From an uncultured virus (IMG/VR IMGVR_UViG_3300042860_000278) (taxonomy: Duplodnaviria > Heunggongvirae > Uroviricota > Caudoviricetes), in IMG/VR virus record IMGVR_UViG_3300042860_000278: a DNA stretch of 64,000 nt; one strand, given 5' to 3'. Under the pieces are notes generated by a model. It saw only the letters and a list, made by a program, of their open reading frames with translations. It was not told the origin of the DNA and did no database searches. Both the position numbers and the translations under genes were made by a program. Below, in pieces: positions 37,515-46,491 of the stretch; positions within the stretch are counted from its first letter, which is position 1; every line of letters starts with the position of its first letter.

Positions 37515-37697
37515 ATGCACCCTTTCCACGTTGCTACAGATTTACAGAAGTACGGATTCTGGTACACCTATTGGAGTCTGCGGAACAACAACTGCTACAC
37601 GAGACCACAATCGCTTTGGTTGATTTGGGTAGGACACCAACACAACAAGTATATGGATAAGCGACTCAATAACAGCGTTCGAATTCTTACCAAGTAA
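37515..37697 (+). CDS. Early hypothetical protein (60 aa)
   Basis: GAGGG SD; followed by a terminator. Confidence 0.6.
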   Translation: MHPFHVATDLQKYGFWYTYWSLRNNNCYTRPQSLWLIWVGHQHNKYMDKRLNNSVRILTK

Positions 37698-37711
37698 ACA
37701 ATTTCTCCGTG

Positions 37712-37742
37712 GGGCAGGGACTTCCAACCTGCCCTTTTTCTT
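37712..37742 (+). terminator. Rho-independent terminator
   Basis: GGGCAGG/CCTGCCC stem followed by TTTTTCTT. Confidence 0.7.
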
Positions 37743-37744
37743 CG

Positions 37745-37813
37745 GCCTATTGATGCCAGTTATTAGTTGGCGCGCGCGGGAGGGGGCGCGCGTGGCGCGC
37801 GCGACGCGAACCC
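37745..37813. repeat. Post-terminator CG-rich repeat, copy 1
   Basis: First 34 bp match 38643-38676 at 30 positions; shared GCGTGGCGCGCG further on. Confidence 0.8.
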
Positions 37814-37819
37814 TAATAA

Positions 37820-37832
37820 AATCAATGACTTA
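37820..37832 (+). promoter_or_regulatory. IHF-consensus site
   Basis: AATCAATGACTTA matches WATCAANNNNTTR, with an upstream A-rich tract. Confidence 0.6.
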
Positions 37833-37929
37833 CGATATAGTTCAGACAATTCTACCCCATCATGTATAACGATTCCATGCCACGCCGGGAGGCGCGCACC
37901 ACCAAAACATCATATGAGGATCAGATACT

Positions 37930-38580
37930 ATGGCTCGCAAAGTTAAGAATGCGGTTTCGGCCGCTGTCGCTGGCGCGAATATCGCCAGCATCAAGGATCT
38001 CGGCGTCCAGACGGCTGGACACCGGGCGCGCGGAATCGCCCTCGGGCATGCGGCGCTCAAACTGTGGCCTGCACTCGCGACGGATTTCGCAAAGGGCGAT
38101 AAGGATAATTGGGCGCGATTCGACGACGGTTCCCGCACAGCGTATGACGACACGCATACCGCACCGGTCGCGGTTCGCGACGAAAAAGGTCGCTATACCC
38201 TGATCAACGCCGGGGACGGAGTCGAGGGGCAGCATTTGTCCGCCGCCTATCTCGCCAGCCAGACTCCAGCCGACTGGTCGCGGATCAAGAATGACTCGCC
38301 GACACTCTGGACGGTTATGGATCAGGTTCGGGAGCGGATTGGCAACTACGTCCGCGACAACCGCCGCAATCTCCGGGACAACGTCAATAAGGCGATGGGC
38401 GGAGTCAGCCGCAAGGCGCGAGTCACCAACCGCACCATGCCATCGATCATTGCCGACACGGTTGCGACACTCCGGGCAAAAATCAAACTGGATCTCGGCA
38501 ACAAAGCCATCGATCAGGCGGAGCACGATAAGGTGCTGGCATGGTTGATCGACGGCGAGAAACTCTTCAAGAAAGACTGA
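37930..38580 (+). CDS. Early hypothetical protein (216 aa)
   Basis: GAGGA SD, possible TATAAC -10 at 37865, own terminator; GC-rich codon usage. Confidence 0.75.
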   Translation: MARKVKNAVSAAVAGANIASIKDLGVQTAGHRARGIALGHAALKLWPALATDFAKGDKDNWARFDDGSRTAYDDTHTAPVAVRDEKGRYTLINAGDGVEGQHLSAAYLASQTPADWSRIKNDSPTLWTVMDQVRERIGNYVRDNRRNLRDNVNKAMGGVSRKARVTNRTMPSIIADTVATLRAKIKLDLGNKAIDQAEHDKVLAWLIDGEKLFKKD

Positions 38581-38585
38581 TCCGA

Positions 38586-38640
38586 CCGGGGCGGCAACGC
38601 CCCGGCCTTTCGGGGGAGGCGAAAGCCTCCCCCATTTTTT
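38586..38640 (+). terminator. Tandem GNRA hairpins ending in a rho-independent terminator
   Basis: CCGGGGCG-GCAA-CGCCCCGG, then GGGGGAGGC-GAAA-GCCTCCCCC-ATTTTTT. Confidence 0.85.
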
Positions 38641-38642
38641 GT

Positions 38643-38700
38643 GCCTGTTGATACCAGTTATTTGTTTGCGCGCGCGATGCGTGGCGCGCGACGCCGACCC
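38643..38700. repeat. Post-terminator CG-rich repeat, copy 2
   Basis: See 37745-37813. Confidence 0.8.
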
Positions 38701-38753
38701 GCGCGAGCCGGGCGAGCGGCTCATGGCGCGGCATGGCATGGAATAATTAAGCC

Positions 38754-38769
38754 CGTGGGAATTCCCACG
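38754..38769. promoter_or_regulatory. 16-bp palindrome CGTGGGAATTCCCACG, copy 1 of 3
   Basis: Perfect palindrome, repeated at 39394 and 40247. Confidence 0.75.
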
Positions 38770-38778
38770 CCGCTAAAT

Positions 38779-39310
38779 ATCATTTGCGAAAATTACAGAG
38801 TACGCTTTCGTAGGTGACCCCCCTGCCGCGCTAAACGCATCATTTGCGAAAATTACAAAGTACGCGCTGTTTTGTTCCGCTCGCTACGCTTGTTCCGCAG
38901 CCTGTTCCGGGCGACGCTCGTTTTGCGGAACAACGCAAGTGCTTGATTCTAATCAGGAAAACGCGATTTTTGCGCGATTTGTTCCGCTGTTCCGCAAAAA
39001 ATAAGTAAAGAACTGCCGAGACGCAGTTTTTTCGCTCGCGAGGGTCGCGCAGCCTGTTCGGCAAGTTAGGTGTGTCTGGCAGTTTATACTCTCAAAACTG
39101 CGGAACAGCGGAACAACCCCCCCTTTTTTCTTACTTACTACTACATTTTATTTATATATAAGATAAGAACGACTACGCAAAATCAAGCACTTACGCTCAT
39201 CCGAGCGACGCTCATTTCACAAGTTACGCCCAAAAGCCCGAGCATAATATAAGCGGAACAAACTCGTTTTTCCGGAACAGCGGAACAGACTGATAAATAA
39301 AATAGTTATA
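38779..39310. other. Putative replication origin: TGTTCCG(C/G) iterons, AT-rich core, IHF sites
   Basis: At least 11 iteron copies, mostly in opposite orientations in the two halves; 27-bp direct repeat with 60-bp period; inverted IHF-consensus sites at 38936 and 39181; no credible ORF. Confidence 0.6.
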
Positions 39311-39317
39311 TATAAGC

Positions 39318-39345
39318 TTGAATTAGTATAGTTTTCAGGTAAAAT
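39318..39345 (+). promoter_or_regulatory. Sigma70-type promoter
   Basis: TTGAAT-16 bp-TAAAAT preceded by an AT-rich UP-like tract. Confidence 0.6.
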
Positions 39346-39391
39346 GGGGTCTCGTGTCCGCAGTTCTGTTTGTACATCACCTCAACTTATC

Positions 39392-39411
39392 GGCGTGGGA
39401 ATTCCCACGCC
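39392..39411. promoter_or_regulatory. Palindrome copy 2 (20 bp, GGCGTGGGAATTCCCACGCC)
   Basis: Perfect palindrome just upstream of the RBS of the 39426 gene. Confidence 0.75.
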
Positions 39412-39425
39412 ACGGAGAATCAGAC

Positions 39426-40238
39426 ATGGCAAGCAAATTCAAACTCCTCAACATCGACGCCAACGCCAAAACGGTGAAGGGTCAAGCCCGTGGGTACCTG
39501 ACGGGCATCCTGTACCTCTCTCCGAGCGACGCTAGCGGCACTCAACTCTGCCCCCTATCCCACGTAGCCCGTTGCGCTGCCCCATGCTTGAACCTCGCAG
39601 GGCGTGGCGGCATGGCGAAGGGTAACGCTACCTTCACCTCACCCGGCGGCCACGAACTCTCTGATAACACCGTGCAGCGCGCTCGACTGCGTCGTACAGA
39701 ATTGTTCTTGGAGGACTACGACGCCTTCTTTGCGCTGCTAGTGAAAGAAATACGCATGGCCGAGCGCATGGCACAGGAACAGGGTCTCACCCTTGCCCTC
39801 CGGCTCAACGGCACGAGCGACATTCGGTGGGAGGACATACCTCTGACCGTTGACGGGCGTGGCTACTACAACATTTTCCGTGCCTTCCCACACATTCAGT
39901 TCTACGACTACACCAAGATTCCGAACCGACGCCGTGCGCTCATCATTCCTAACTATCACCTCACATACAGTTACTCGGGTGTATCAGATTTTGCGCCGGT
40001 AGTTATCCAAGCCCTACGTACCTACGGGGAGCGGGTCAACATGGCAGTCGTGTTCCGTGGCGACGTACCCAAGACATTCCTAGGCAGACAGGTCGTCAAC
40101 GGCGACGAATCAGATTTGCGGTTCCTAGACCCCACAGGCGTCGTGATCGCACTGAAGGCAAAGGGGAAAGCCCAGAAGGACACCTCTGGGTTCGTTGTCG
40201 ATCACATCAATAGCCCTGCCCTGTCGGCAGCGGCGTAA
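39426..40238 (+). CDS. GP88-like phage protein (Cys-containing)
   Basis: LCP......C...CL..AGRG, RLNGTSDI.W, QFYDYTK, NYHLT.S and GD..DLRFLD motifs. Start moved to ATG 39426, which has an RBS. Confidence 0.75.
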   Translation: MASKFKLLNIDANAKTVKGQARGYLTGILYLSPSDASGTQLCPLSHVARCAAPCLNLAGRGGMAKGNATFTSPGGHELSDNTVQRARLRRTELFLEDYDAFFALLVKEIRMAERMAQEQGLTLALRLNGTSDIRWEDIPLTVDGRGYYNIFRAFPHIQFYDYTKIPNRRRALIIPNYHLTYSYSGVSDFAPVVIQALRTYGERVNMAVVFRGDVPKTFLGRQVVNGDESDLRFLDPTGVVIALKAKGKAQKDTSGFVVDHINSPALSAAA

Positions 40239-40246
40239 CTAACTAG

Positions 40247-40262
40247 CGTGGGAATTCCCACG
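40247..40262. promoter_or_regulatory. Palindrome copy 3
   Basis: CGTGGGAATTCCCACG abutting the GAGGAG SD of the 40276 gene. Confidence 0.75.
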
Positions 40263-40275
40263 GAGGAGAGTCAGT

Positions 40276-40521
40276 ATGAGTCAGGAAGAGTTTGTTTACG
40301 TGGCGATCTATACGCACAAGCATGGCATCGACTACGCCGTGTACCGCACTGCCGAAAAAGCCTACGAGTGGGGCGAGGACATAGCGCGTACGTACTGGGA
40401 AGACTTTTACCCCGACGACCCCATGCCAGAAGAGAAGGTGATGCAAGCCTACTTCAACAGCGCAAATGCTTGGATTCATGGTGAGTGGTTCACCGTAGAA
40501 CGTAAACAAATCGAGGGCTAA
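40276..40521 (+). CDS. Early hypothetical acidic protein
   Basis: Strong SD; in operon order. Confidence 0.7.
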   Translation: MSQEEFVYVAIYTHKHGIDYAVYRTAEKAYEWGEDIARTYWEDFYPDDPMPEEKVMQAYFNSANAWIHGEWFTVERKQIEG

Positions 40522-40523
40522 AC

Positions 40524-40754
40524 GTGAGCAGCATTAATTCAGTAGGTCGATTGGTCGTGGCCGTGCGTAACGTGTACGGCAACGAGATGGTGTATCCCAT
40601 AAACGACACGGCGAAGTTGTTCGCCAAGATCGCAGGGACGAAGACACTCAAGCCCGAGACTATCTACACAGCGCAGTTGCTTGGGTTCGATGTCGAGCAA
40701 GTGATCGAAGAGACAGCGACGCTCAACTTCACAAGGGGGAAACTCAATGGCTGA
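40524..40754 (+). CDS. Conserved early protein (.NVYG....YP....AK.FA.IAG.KTL family)
   Basis: Recognisable small phage protein pattern; GAGG SD with GTG start. Confidence 0.7.
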   Translation: MSSINSVGRLVVAVRNVYGNEMVYPINDTAKLFAKIAGTKTLKPETIYTAQLLGFDVEQVIEETATLNFTRGKLNG

Positions 40755-41013
40755 TGACGACAATGAAACGCGGGTGAAGATCGACTACATCAGATATCTA
40801 AATCACATACGACATCTGAACAACCACTACGCCGGTATAAGCAACATGCACGGCAGGAGCATCATCAAGCAAGGCATGGCAGAGGGCAAAAAGTTTCAAG
40901 GTAGGCGTGTCGGTCACTTGCTTGATTCAAACCTACGCCCCGAGCGACAGATCGAAGAGCAGAAGTTGCTAGAACAATTCATGCGTGAACACAACATAGG
41001 AACAGAGGAGTAG
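40747..41013 (+). CDS. Hypothetical protein
   Basis: AGGGGG SD; overlaps the previous stop. Confidence 0.6.
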   Translation: MADDDNETRVKIDYIRYLNHIRHLNNHYAGISNMHGRSIIKQGMAEGKKFQGRRVGHLLDSNLRPERQIEEQKLLEQFMREHNIGTEE

Positions 41014-41017
41014 CGCG

Positions 41018-41269
41018 ATGCAAGTATCAGGAGTTGAAGGGTACATATTGAAAGAAGTGTCGCGGGTCGTGAAGTACAAGAAGTACCGCATCGATCTGAC
41101 GTATGACTCGCTAACGTTGCTTGGAAGAATGCGACAGGAGAGGACGATAAAGTTTTTGACCAAGGCAGAGATATCAACGTCACCACTCATGTTTATTAAG
41201 TTTGAAGGGCAACATGCCTTGGAGTTGGCGAAGTCATACATCAATGCATACCAAAAAAGTAAAGGCTAA
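41018..41269 (+). CDS. Hypothetical protein
   Basis: GAGGAG SD. Confidence 0.6.
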   Translation: MQVSGVEGYILKEVSRVVKYKKYRIDLTYDSLTLLGRMRQERTIKFLTKAEISTSPLMFIKFEGQHALELAKSYINAYQKSKG

Positions 41270-41311
41270 CCATGCAAACTGGCCGGTTCAATAATTGTTT
41301 TAAATAAAAGG

Positions 41312-41340
41312 TTGATTCATTCGTCAAGAAAAGTTATGAT
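41312..41340 (+). promoter_or_regulatory. Sigma70-type promoter
   Basis: TTGATT-17 bp-TATGAT with an AT-rich upstream element. Confidence 0.75.
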
Positions 41341-41366
41341 TCTTACCAGATCACAGGAGAATCTGT

Positions 41367-42266
41367 ATGACCATCGAACTTGAAACGCCCAAGCACATTA
41401 CGTCGCTGCGTACCTCTGCGATTCTCGTGGGGGTGGAGATGACAGCGTCGAACTTCACCAAGTCTGACCGTGGCATTGCGTCGCGCATCAGTCAGGAGGC
41501 AAACGCCAAGGCCAACGTCACCAAGGTAGCGCATGAGTTGCTTGCCAATGACCCGGACTTGCGACTGCTACTCAACCACAGGCAGACCGTCTATAACTTC
41601 CTCGACTCATGGACGCTGCCGTGGATGGGCAAACTGCGACTGCTGCCATCGTCGAGCATTGAGAAGTTCCTAGCCAAGTACAACGAACTGGAGCAACAGT
41701 TCTACACATTGCTCGACACGTTCCTCGACAAGTACGAAGACAAGATCGCAGCACAGGCATTCGTGCGCGGTGACTTCTTCAATCGTAATGATTACCCAAC
41801 ACTGGAGCAGGTGCGCGGTGCGTTCACGATCAAGTTGTACCACCAACCCGTGCCAGAGAATGACTTCCGAGTGCAGGTCGCCAACGACCAAGCCGCTGAC
41901 TTGCAGCGCAACTTCCAGAAGCAGGTCAACGACAAGGTGCAGGAGGCACACGCTGCACTGGTGGAGAAGTTCGTCGATGTCATGCAGTCGCTGTCGCACT
42001 GCTGCGATGTCGAGGAGGTCACGGGCAAGGACGGCGAGATCAAGATTCGTCGCCGCAAAATCTACGACTCGACTGTCGAGAAGGCGATGGACTTGTGCGA
42101 AACACTAGAAGCGTTCAACCCAATGGGTGACGAGCGGCTCGACAAGGCTCGTGAAGAACTATTCGATACGTTGCGTACAGTCGATGCCACTACGTTGCGT
42201 GAGTCAGATTCTGCGCGATCCCGTGTCAAGGCAGATGTCGATTCCATATTGTCGAAATTCTGTTAA
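41367..42266 (+). CDS. DUF3150-like helical protein accompanying the AAA+/vWA pair
   Basis: TLPW...RLLP, F...DYP and P.P..DFRV motifs; first gene after the promoter. Confidence 0.6.
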   Translation: MTIELETPKHITSLRTSAILVGVEMTASNFTKSDRGIASRISQEANAKANVTKVAHELLANDPDLRLLLNHRQTVYNFLDSWTLPWMGKLRLLPSSSIEKFLAKYNELEQQFYTLLDTFLDKYEDKIAAQAFVRGDFFNRNDYPTLEQVRGAFTIKLYHQPVPENDFRVQVANDQAADLQRNFQKQVNDKVQEAHAALVEKFVDVMQSLSHCCDVEEVTGKDGEIKIRRRKIYDSTVEKAMDLCETLEAFNPMGDERLDKAREELFDTLRTVDATTLRESDSARSRVKADVDSILSKFC

Positions 42267-42307
42267 TTGGACTTTTTGTACTCATCAGAGAATCAGGAGT
42301 AATAGTT

Positions 42308-43429
42308 ATGACTACTACAAACGTTGACGTTCATTCCCTCCCCGTGTCCCTGTCCGAGGCGTTGCAGATGATCCTGCTGTACGGCAGTGAGATCACCCTG
42401 CTGATGGATGGTGAGACGGGTATCGGCAAGTCGTCCTTGCTACCGGCGATTGCCAAGAAGCACGGCGATCAGTGGCGTAAGCCCGGTCAGTACTTTGCGA
42501 CTGACAAGTACAACTATCTCTACATCGACTGCACCACTGAAGAGATCGGTGATCGCAAGATGAAGATTCCCGTGCATGCCACGAAGAAGTTGGAGGACTA
42601 CCTCGCCGCCGAGTGGCGGCTCGACGAGGGCAAGCCGCTTGTCCTCATGCTTGACGAGTTCAAGAAGTGTCCCAAGGCATTGCAGGTGCTGTGGTCACGG
42701 CTCATGCAGGAGCGCACCATCGGCAACGTGCCGCTGCCCGAGGGGTCAATCGTGTTTGGTACGTCCAACCTTGCGTCAGACGGACTGGGCGACATCATCA
42801 AGGCACACGAGGCTAACCGTGTGATGCGTGTCCATGTACGCAAGTCGAACTCAAAAGAGATGTACAAGTACGCTGCCGAGCAGGGCGTCGAGCAAGTGTT
42901 GCTTGCGTGGATCGCCTCGACCAAGCAAGCGTTCGCGTCGTACCTCGACGGCAACCAAGACAGCAACCCTTACATCTTCCATCCTAATCGTTCTGGTCAA
43001 TGCGTTACGCCGCGCTCCACCATGCGTTGCAATTACGTGCTACAGAAGCGACACCTTGTGCCGGAGCACATCACGCACACGGCACTGGCCGGACTGATTG
43101 GTCGTGCAGGTGCGGACAGCCTCATGGCCTGTGTCAACCTCGACGACAAGGTGATGAAGACCGAGCAGGTGATCAAGGCTCCGACTGCTGTACCTGTTCC
43201 AGATGATGCGCTTGCTTTGATCCTGATGATGATTCACGGCGCGGCCGACGTTGAGACACAGGACGAGGTCGATGCGTTCATGCAGTTCGTGGATCGTGTG
43301 CCGTCGAGCGAGGTGCAGTCGATCTTCTTCCACATGCTTGTGACTTCCAACAATCCACAGAAGGTCATCTTGGTTCGCAACAACAAGCGATTGACCCAGT
43401 GGCGTACTGACAACTACGAGTTGATCTAA
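42308..43429 (+). CDS. MoxR-like AAA+ ATPase
   Basis: Walker A GETGIGKS, Walker B LMLDE, sensor N, NR arginine finger, TPRS. Confidence 0.85.
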   Translation: MTTTNVDVHSLPVSLSEALQMILLYGSEITLLMDGETGIGKSSLLPAIAKKHGDQWRKPGQYFATDKYNYLYIDCTTEEIGDRKMKIPVHATKKLEDYLAAEWRLDEGKPLVLMLDEFKKCPKALQVLWSRLMQERTIGNVPLPEGSIVFGTSNLASDGLGDIIKAHEANRVMRVHVRKSNSKEMYKYAAEQGVEQVLLAWIASTKQAFASYLDGNQDSNPYIFHPNRSGQCVTPRSTMRCNYVLQKRHLVPEHITHTALAGLIGRAGADSLMACVNLDDKVMKTEQVIKAPTAVPVPDDALALILMMIHGAADVETQDEVDAFMQFVDRVPSSEVQSIFFHMLVTSNNPQKVILVRNNKRLTQWRTDNYELI

Positions 43430-43442
43430 TAGGAGTATTCAC

Positions 43443-44672
43443 ATGGATACAGCAATGAAGATCAAGAAGGCCAAGAGCCGCTTGATGCGACACGTTGAGA
43501 CCCGGCACATGGCGGGTATCTTTGTGAGTGGCAAGGTCGAGATATGCGACAACCTTCCTACCGCATGCACTGATGGGTGGAACGAGAAGTATGGTCGCAA
43601 GTTCACTGACGGGCTGACCATTGCAGAGGCCACGGGTGTGGTACTGCACGAGGGACTGCACAAGTATGCGAAGCACATCCCTCGCTTCCGTAAGTTGATG
43701 AAGACTGACGGACGCATGATCAATGCAGCGATGGACTACGCGATCAACGACATCATTCATAACTTGAAAGACAAGACGTTGGCCGTGCTGCCCGAGCCGC
43801 ATCTGTACAACCCCATGTTCAGGAATTGGTCTGTCCTTGAGATATACGAGTTCTTGAAGACAGGTCGAGACAAGGACGGCAACAAGCGTGGCGATCCCAA
43901 AGAGAACCGTGATGGTGTCAACGTTGGCGGTAGTCAGTACGACACCGAGTCGATGGATGAGCACAGCGCGGAGAGCATCACGGGCGAGGAACTCAGCGAA
44001 GCAGAGGCAGAGCAGATCGCCAAGAAGATCGACGATGCGATCAAGCAGGGCGCGATCATTGCCGGTGCGATGGGGCTTGACCTGCCCCGTGCGTTGACTG
44101 AATCGTTAGACCCGGTGGTCGATTGGACTGCGGAGTTGTATGACTTTGCTAGCAACAACGTGCGCGGTGCTGACGAGTACAGTTTCCAACGATACAACCG
44201 ACGCCGGATCGCTGACGATATCTACATGCCGACGATGTACAAGGACACCATCAGCGAAGTGTTGATCATGCCGGATGCGTCCGGATCGATTGACCAACGT
44301 GCGATGAATGCGTGGGCAGCGGAGATCGCCAACGTGTGCGAGGTGATGCAGCCTGATCTGGTGCGTGTGTTGTGGTGGGACACGCAGGTGCATGCCGAGC
44401 AGGTGTTTGAGCCGGGTCAGTTCGATCAGATTCGTGACCTGCTCACGCCCCGTGGCGGTGGTGGTACGGAGGTCTCGTGCCTCAGTCGCTACATCAATGA
44501 TAAGAATATTACGGCAGACTGTGCCATCGTGTTGACGGACGGTTACGTCGAGCCTCAAGTGAAGTGGGACATCGACATCCCGACGCTGTGGATGGTGACG
44601 GAGAGTCGTATGTTTCGTCCCCCGGTGGGACGCATGGTGAAGATCGATAACCTTGGAAAGGAGAATCAGTGA
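43443..44672 (+). CDS. Metallopeptidase-like (HExxH) plus vWA domain protein (DUF2201-like)
   Basis: TA.TDG, LHEGLH, N.AMD..IN; MIDAS-type DASGS, GGGGT and LTDG. Confidence 0.85.
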   Translation: MDTAMKIKKAKSRLMRHVETRHMAGIFVSGKVEICDNLPTACTDGWNEKYGRKFTDGLTIAEATGVVLHEGLHKYAKHIPRFRKLMKTDGRMINAAMDYAINDIIHNLKDKTLAVLPEPHLYNPMFRNWSVLEIYEFLKTGRDKDGNKRGDPKENRDGVNVGGSQYDTESMDEHSAESITGEELSEAEAEQIAKKIDDAIKQGAIIAGAMGLDLPRALTESLDPVVDWTAELYDFASNNVRGADEYSFQRYNRRRIADDIYMPTMYKDTISEVLIMPDASGSIDQRAMNAWAAEIANVCEVMQPDLVRVLWWDTQVHAEQVFEPGQFDQIRDLLTPRGGGGTEVSCLSRYINDKNITADCAIVLTDGYVEPQVKWDIDIPTLWMVTESRMFRPPVGRMVKIDNLGKENQ

Positions 44673-44929
44673 TGAGTAAGCATTACATTGCGGTGATCGA
44701 AGAGACCAACGGTAGTTTTGAGTACAAGTCAGAGTTCTTGTTCACTACAGACGAAGACCCGTGGGTGTATGGCAAAGAGGTCGCTGCCGACTGGCGTAGT
44801 GGCAACACCGAGTATGACAGTAACGTGGGTGGGTTCTGGAATGAAGACACCATCATTTGTTTGGATGCTGTGAAAGAAATTCCGGCAGATGACTTTGAGG
44901 TTCTGAGTAAATACTTGTCAGTCCTTTGA
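44672..44929 (+). CDS. Hypothetical acidic protein
   Basis: AGGAGAATCAGT RBS; TGATG overlap. Confidence 0.7.
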   Translation: MSKHYIAVIEETNGSFEYKSEFLFTTDEDPWVYGKEVAADWRSGNTEYDSNVGGFWNEDTIICLDAVKEIPADDFEVLSKYLSVL

Positions 44930-44940
44930 GGAGAATCAGT

Positions 44941-45972
44941 ATGAGCGACGATATCTTTTTCCTGAACAAGTTCGACACTGAGCGACGCAACTTCCTGCGT
45001 CGTACAGAACTATTCGCATTCGCCCGTGAACTACGTGCGAGATCAAACAACAAACTGTTCTTGAGTACTGCTTCCATCGACACTTACGTTGAGAAGGGTA
45101 GGATGGTGACAGAGCATGGCATCCCTGCCATGCACATTGAGATCAAGTACCCGAACAGTCGTAAGGATCGCGAATACAACCTGGAGTCTGTGCACACTGC
45201 CGGGTTCGATTACGGGACTAACAGTCTTGCCAAGTCCAAGCAGAAAGCCTACGTGATGCGACGCATTGCTACGGTGCGCGAACCGTTGCGATCATTCCAT
45301 GTCGCCATCAAGCAGGGCGATGACGAGTGGTTCCACAACGTCATCCTGAGATTGGTGAATCGATACATGGGTAGATTGTTGGAGCAACACCGGGTCGAGT
45401 CACGCTTCACGCCTAACTTTCATAACACAACACAGGAGTGGTTGCTGCGTGTACTGGGTGGCTACTCGCACCGCGCTGACTTCCCGGCTAGTGTCGAGAA
45501 CGAAGTCGCTACCAAGTTGGCAGAGTACGAGAACCGTAATAACTTTCTAAAGCAAGTCCATGCGCTGACTGGTGTGATGTTTGACCGAGCCGAGAAGTGG
45601 CTTGTTGGACGTATACCTGACGGCTACGTCGTGGCGGCGTTCGACCCACGTGCTCTTGTGCGGTACATATCCGAGGCGGCAATTGAAGGGAACACTTACC
45701 TTGGCATCAATCACAGCCACATCCCGTTCACTGTCAAGCCGCAGCCGTACCTGAGTCTGGATGATGTGCCGTCTGACATTCGCGATGACATGATGTCGGC
45801 TCTGCACTTGCAACGTGTGATGCGCGAGTCTGCACACCCCGAGATAACTGGTATCGACTCCGACAAGATCTTTGCCAAAACGTCTGCGTTTTACATGTCG
45901 AACGAGGGAGGGTGGATGACGTACGGTTATCAGCACCGTCCCCTGCAATGGATCATTGCGGATAAGGGTTAA
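44941..45972 (+). CDS. Hypothetical protein (343 aa)
   Basis: GAGGAGAATCAGT RBS places the start at ATG 44941. Confidence 0.75.
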   Translation: MSDDIFFLNKFDTERRNFLRRTELFAFARELRARSNNKLFLSTASIDTYVEKGRMVTEHGIPAMHIEIKYPNSRKDREYNLESVHTAGFDYGTNSLAKSKQKAYVMRRIATVREPLRSFHVAIKQGDDEWFHNVILRLVNRYMGRLLEQHRVESRFTPNFHNTTQEWLLRVLGGYSHRADFPASVENEVATKLAEYENRNNFLKQVHALTGVMFDRAEKWLVGRIPDGYVVAAFDPRALVRYISEAAIEGNTYLGINHSHIPFTVKPQPYLSLDDVPSDIRDDMMSALHLQRVMRESAHPEITGIDSDKIFAKTSAFYMSNEGGWMTYGYQHRPLQWIIADKG

Positions 45973-45976
45973 CACT

Positions 45977-46378
45977 ATGTATACCTACAGTACTACCCCG
46001 ATCAAGTTGCAGCATGATGAGTTGTGGTCTGTCTGCGTAGTGCGTGACACCACACAAAACCCAGAGATATATCGGGTGTACGTGGGCGATAACATGTTGC
46101 GGATGTTCGATGTTAAAACTCTACCCGATACGATCAAAGAGAAGTTGGCAATGGTTCATGGGTTGGGTATCGACGAGCGAGTTATCGCTCCAATGAATAT
46201 AGCGTGGGAGTTAAATCCTCCCGATCATTACCCACGAGAGTACATAAATATTGGATGGTTCGTTGCCAATAGTAATGCAACTAACATATACTATTATCAA
46301 GTGGTGCTTTCGTTTGAAGAACTATCCGTCATACGTGGGATGAAACTAACGTTTCCACAACAGAGGGAAGTCGCATGA
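45977..46378 (+). CDS. Hypothetical protein
   Basis: AAGGG SD before ATG 45977; LPD.IK.KLAM motif. Confidence 0.65.
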   Translation: MYTYSTTPIKLQHDELWSVCVVRDTTQNPEIYRVYVGDNMLRMFDVKTLPDTIKEKLAMVHGLGIDERVIAPMNIAWELNPPDHYPREYINIGWFVANSNATNIYYYQVVLSFEELSVIRGMKLTFPQQREVA

Positions 46379-46491
46379 TCAGATGGTTACTAGGCTTCTT
46401 CAAGCGCGCTGATGATTTCCGCAGACGAGAGTGGTCACATGTGCCCCCACCTGCGTGGGGAGCCAAACGAAGTGGGAGAGACTACTGGTGA
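46375..46491 (+). CDS. Small hypothetical protein, 38 aa (MIRWLLGFFK...)
   Basis: ATGA and GTGA overlaps with both neighbours; GAGGG SD. Confidence 0.55.
   Translation: MIRWLLGFFKRADDFRRREWSHVPPPAWGAKRSGRDYW

Noticed and set aside
38779..39310. Possible CRISPR-like array
   Set aside because: Repeats are 8-9 bp, in both orientations and irregularly spaced; the 27-bp repeat has only two copies. The Cas4-like gene is an ordinary phage exonuclease.
39687..45015. 21-bp near-repeat encoding LRRTELF in two unrelated genes (39687 and 44995)
   Set aside because: A 15-bp exact or 19/21 match is expected roughly once by chance among all position pairs in 64 kb; there is no third copy or supporting context.
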